Origin: Campylobacterales bacterium
Lineage (GTDB): Bacteria > Campylobacterota > Campylobacteria > Campylobacterales > Sulfurimonadaceae
Assembly: GCA_038205935.1 (NCBI GenBank)
Contig: JBBRBK010000045.1
Location: forward strand, 1-15,207
Direction: 5' to 3'
DNA length: 15,207 nt
The translations under genes were made by a program, and so were the position numbers. Shown here in pieces: positions 12,403-15,207 of the stretch. The stretch's first letter is position 1. Every line of letters begins with the position of its first letter. The notes beneath the pieces were generated by a model. That model saw only the letters and a program-made list of their open reading frames with translations. It was not told the DNA's origin and ran no database searches.

Positions 12403-15207
12403 TTACTTTGGGGATGATAAATAGATAAATGCATTGATAAACTGCTCATTTGTTACTTCTAAAGAGGAGTGATAAAACTCTTCCCAAGCTTCTCTTCGTG
12501 ATTCATCATAATTTGACGCGGCATTTTTACTTTCCCACAACATTCTCACAGCATATCCAATTAGTACATCTAAAATAATATCATCATCAATATGCAGATC
12601 TGGATTTTGCTTAAACAGTTTGGTTAAACTCTCAATCGCTTCGATGTTTAACTGTCTGTATTCAGGTGCTTCTATACTTTGAAGCAGATCTTCCACACTA
12701 CGAGAAAAACTTTGTTCTCCTGCGGTGGAGGCAAGTGTGTGTTCTGTACCAAATCGACTTTGAATGTTGTATTTATCTCCGATTACCAAAGCATTACATT
12801 GATGGAGCATATGCCAGACGTCTTTATAAAAATGAGGTGAAAGACGACTGAGCATCCCCTCATGTCTTCTCCACTCATTCCAATCCTCAATTGTATTATG
12901 CTCATCACTTGAAGAACTCATCGTAAGTTCACTAAGTGGTGAAGTTCCTGAACTATGTAAGTTTTCTTGATGAATTAACTCTGATATTTCATGTGTAAAG
13001 GACTTTAAAATTGAGCGGATACGATTAAAAATATCATGTGGCGCTAAGCTTAGTAGTCGCTCATACGCATCTCCTATAGGAAGATTTTCCTCTCGGCTAA
13101 TACGTCCTACAAGAAGTTGCACAAAATACCAAGTACGCAAAGTGATCATATCTTTAAAAAGCTGAGGTTCTGTTCGGATAAGATGTCCAAGATGCATGAT
13201 AACTTCTTGTGTCAATATTCCCTCTGCACGGTTATTACCGCAAGATTCATTGATGATTTTTACGATGGCAGAACTTTCATAAGGTTTTGACAATGTCGCA
13301 TTTTCACTATAAGCACGCCCTACAGCAAGACGTTTTTGATGGATGATAATATCAAGAAGAGCATCTTCAAGACGATCATCATATTTTCCAAGAGCTTCGG
13401 CCATGAGACGGACATTTGTCCAGTCAAGCGCCAATGCCGCTGATTCATAAAGTGTATCAGCTTCTTGGACTTCACTATGAAGATCATTTAAGTTTAGTCC
13501 ATGCATATCATCAATTCGCTCAACACTTGCAGTACTTAAAAGCTGTCGAAGAGGACCGAGTTTTATGGTCATAGAATTACACGATCCGTTTTGAAATTCA
13601 TGTAAGAGTCTAAGAACTTCTTTATTTCTTCCCTCTTGAAGCATATCCTCTCTCACTAAAAATGGCAATATCGGCTGTCCTGGCTGATCCCAATGCGTCG
13701 TCAAAAACTTCAAAGATGAGCGAAACCTCTCAACAAGGAGAGTATTGTCATAGCTGAAATAAAAACCTCTTGGATTGAAATAGTAGGGAAGAAAGAGAAT
13801 CTCTTCATGACAAAGGACATATAGCCTTGCTGTTGTGATGGTTCTAGCTGCCAACAAAGGTTTTCCACTGAGCCCTAATTTATCGTTTCTTCCAAGCTGG
13901 GTATGCGCGAGTGAAAGCATTGATGCGTGCATGATCTGCAGAGGTTTCAGTTCTTTTATAGTTTCGCTCATGATTCCAAGATCGAGGAGCTGTTGTTTGA
14001 CACTTTCGTTTTGTGCCAAGATGCATACAAGTGGGTGTGTAGTTCGTTTTTGACCTATTCGCTCACGACGGCGCAGAGGATCGATGTCGCTAGGGCGAAG
14101 AAGTCCATCTTGGATCATATCGGAGAGCATAAAGAGACTTTGTGCCCAAACAAGAGGAAGATTTTCATTTGCAATTCGTTCTTGAGAAGAGGGATTTTCT
14201 TTTTCGGCATCGATGAGCTCTTTTGGAACGATGTAGAGTTCAGGGAGTAATTTCACTCCCTCGCGCTCTATAAATAAAGGTTCTAATTTTTCTCGCCAAT
14301 GAATGATTGCTTCGCTATCTTCACGCATATGTGCATCAAGCAGTAGATAGGTAAAAAAGAGAGGCCACTCGGACTCTATATGTTGAAATGTTTGTAGCTC
14401 TGATGGTTCATAATGCAAACGTGAATGATCTTCGATACTGCTTTGATGCCCATCGAGCAAAAAGCGTTTACAGCCATAACGGCCTGAGAGTTTTTTGATG
14501 ATTTTGGAAAGTGTTTTGTTTACTAAGGCTTCATCTTCAACAGCGTAAGCAGGATAACCGATGATGCTAAGAAGCGCGGCATCGGTTTCTTTTGAGTTGG
14601 ATTCACGCGGTAAAAGTCCTTGAAGTGTTAAGCGTGAACGGGCGATATCACTTGTCACTACATGTATGAGTGCTTCTTGACTTGCAACATTGCCATACAG
14701 GTTAAATCCGCTCATTGCTTCAAGTGCCGCTTTTGCCATACCCACAGAGCTACAGTTGATCTCTGTGCCACCGGAGTTTATCTTGTTTCCACGCTCCCAA
14801 ATTCCATAATCGGGAGTACAGTAAGTCCGGCTGATATAGTGAACGAGATTTTGAACAAAATTGACTTCATCGAGAGTGTAGATTAGTCGTAAACCTGAAG
14901 CGATCATCTGAGCCATCATAAGAAGAAAGAGCGAAGTTGCGTCAAGCTGTAAATGTCCCCATTCATGGTCGCCAACAACTGCAAGCCCCGTTGATGTTCC
15001 ATACTTTGCATGTAAGGCATCGCCTTGATTTAGCGTATTCTTGAATTTCTCAACTCTATCTGATTGACGCATCATGGCCACGAGCAGGCCTCGCATCAGT
15101 TTGACAACACTTTGACCTAGAGAGTAACTGCGGCAATGGTCTGGATTGTATTTGCGATAAGCAAGTGCTAACCCCCAGACACTCATAATACTGTAAACAT
15201 TGTCTCT
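12403..15207 (-). CDS. Phosphorylase kinase alpha/beta subunit-like protein with N-terminal GH15 (glucoamylase-like) domain; 5' end lies beyond the window
   Basis: The frame is open from 15207 (RDNVYSIMSVWGLALAY), so ATG 15186 is internal. PHKA/PHKB-type motifs: VVKLMRGLL, ALHAKY, EWGHLQLDATSLFLL, DEVNFVQNLV, DYGIWERGNK, LLPRESNSKETDA, GRYGCKRFL, IESEWPLF, LLPELY, WAQSL, IDPLRRR and C-terminal PEYRQL. Confidence 0.9.
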   Translation of the reverse strand, partial: RDNVYSIMSVWGLALAYRKYNPDHCRSYSLGQSVVKLMRGLLVAMMRQSDRVEKFKNTLNQGDALHAKYGTSTGLAVVGDHEWGHLQLDATSLFLLMMAQMIASGLRLIYTLDEVNFVQNLVHYISRTYCTPDYGIWERGNKINSGGTEINCSSVGMAKAALEAMSGFNLYGNVASQEALIHVVTSDIARSRLTLQGLLPRESNSKETDAALLSIIGYPAYAVEDEALVNKTLSKIIKKLSGRYGCKRFLLDGHQSSIEDHSRLHYEPSELQTFQHIESEWPLFFTYLLLDAHMREDSEAIIHWREKLEPLFIEREGVKLLPELYIVPKELIDAEKENPSSQERIANENLPLVWAQSLFMLSDMIQDGLLRPSDIDPLRRRERIGQKRTTHPLVCILAQNESVKQQLLDLGIMSETIKELKPLQIMHASMLSLAHTQLGRNDKLGLSGKPLLAARTITTARLYVLCHEEILFLPYYFNPRGFYFSYDNTLLVERFRSSLKFLTTHWDQPGQPILPFLVREDMLQEGRNKEVLRLLHEFQNGSCNSMTIKLGPLRQLLSTASVERIDDMHGLNLNDLHSEVQEADTLYESAALALDWTNVRLMAEALGKYDDRLEDALLDIIIHQKRLAVGRAYSENATLSKPYESSAIVKIINESCGNNRAEGILTQEVIMHLGHLIRTEPQLFKDMITLRTWYFVQLLVGRISREENLPIGDAYERLLSLAPHDIFNRIRSILKSFTHEISELIHQENLHSSGTSPLSELTMSSSSDEHNTIEDWNEWRRHEGMLSRLSPHFYKDVWHMLHQCNALVIGDKYNIQSRFGTEHTLASTAGEQSFSRSVEDLLQSIEAPEYRQLNIEAIESLTKLFKQNPDLHIDDDIILDVLIGYAVRMLWESKNAASNYDESRREAWEEFYHSSLEVTNEQFINAFIYLSSPK

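Noticed and set aside
14243..14260. GGGAGT-N6-ACTCCC hairpin in the GH15 gene
   Set aside because: A 6-bp stem inside conserved coding sequence is expected by chance.
6699..14886. Short ORFs overlapping eda, edd, zwf, glk and the GH15 gene
   Set aside because: Antisense or out-of-frame shadows of strongly conserved enzymes, with no independent support.
15184..15186. ATG 15186 as the start of the GH15/PHK-like gene
   Set aside because: The frame is open to the window edge and encodes the conserved RDNVYS motif upstream, so the true start is outside the window.

Overview
Bacterial chromosome segment, by protein sequence and gene order most likely from a Campylobacterota genome (Sulfurimonas/Sulfuricurvum-like; inferred, not proven). 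The left part (1-5777) is conserved core: a minus-strand rluD-flpA-trmB-ftsE-ftsX operon (ftsX runs off the left edge), a divergent rodA, and a tRNA with a CAT anticodon that looks like tRNA-Ile2. Right of the tRNA the content looks accessory: a small, GC-richer gene for a secreted protein with a His/Asp/Arg tail, then a minus-strand sugar catabolism cluster. The cluster has a large phosphorylase-kinase alpha/beta-like GH15 protein (truncated by the right edge) 10 nt upstream of glucokinase, then zwf-pgl-edd-eda, a complete Entner-Doudoroff pathway. The best candidate for an under-described system is this PHK-like GH15 / Glk / ED unit. It may mobilise intracellular alpha-glucan to glucose and catabolise it by ED, which would give a bacterial phosphorylase-kinase-subunit homologue an enzymatic role. 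No integrase, transposase or CRISPR array was seen.
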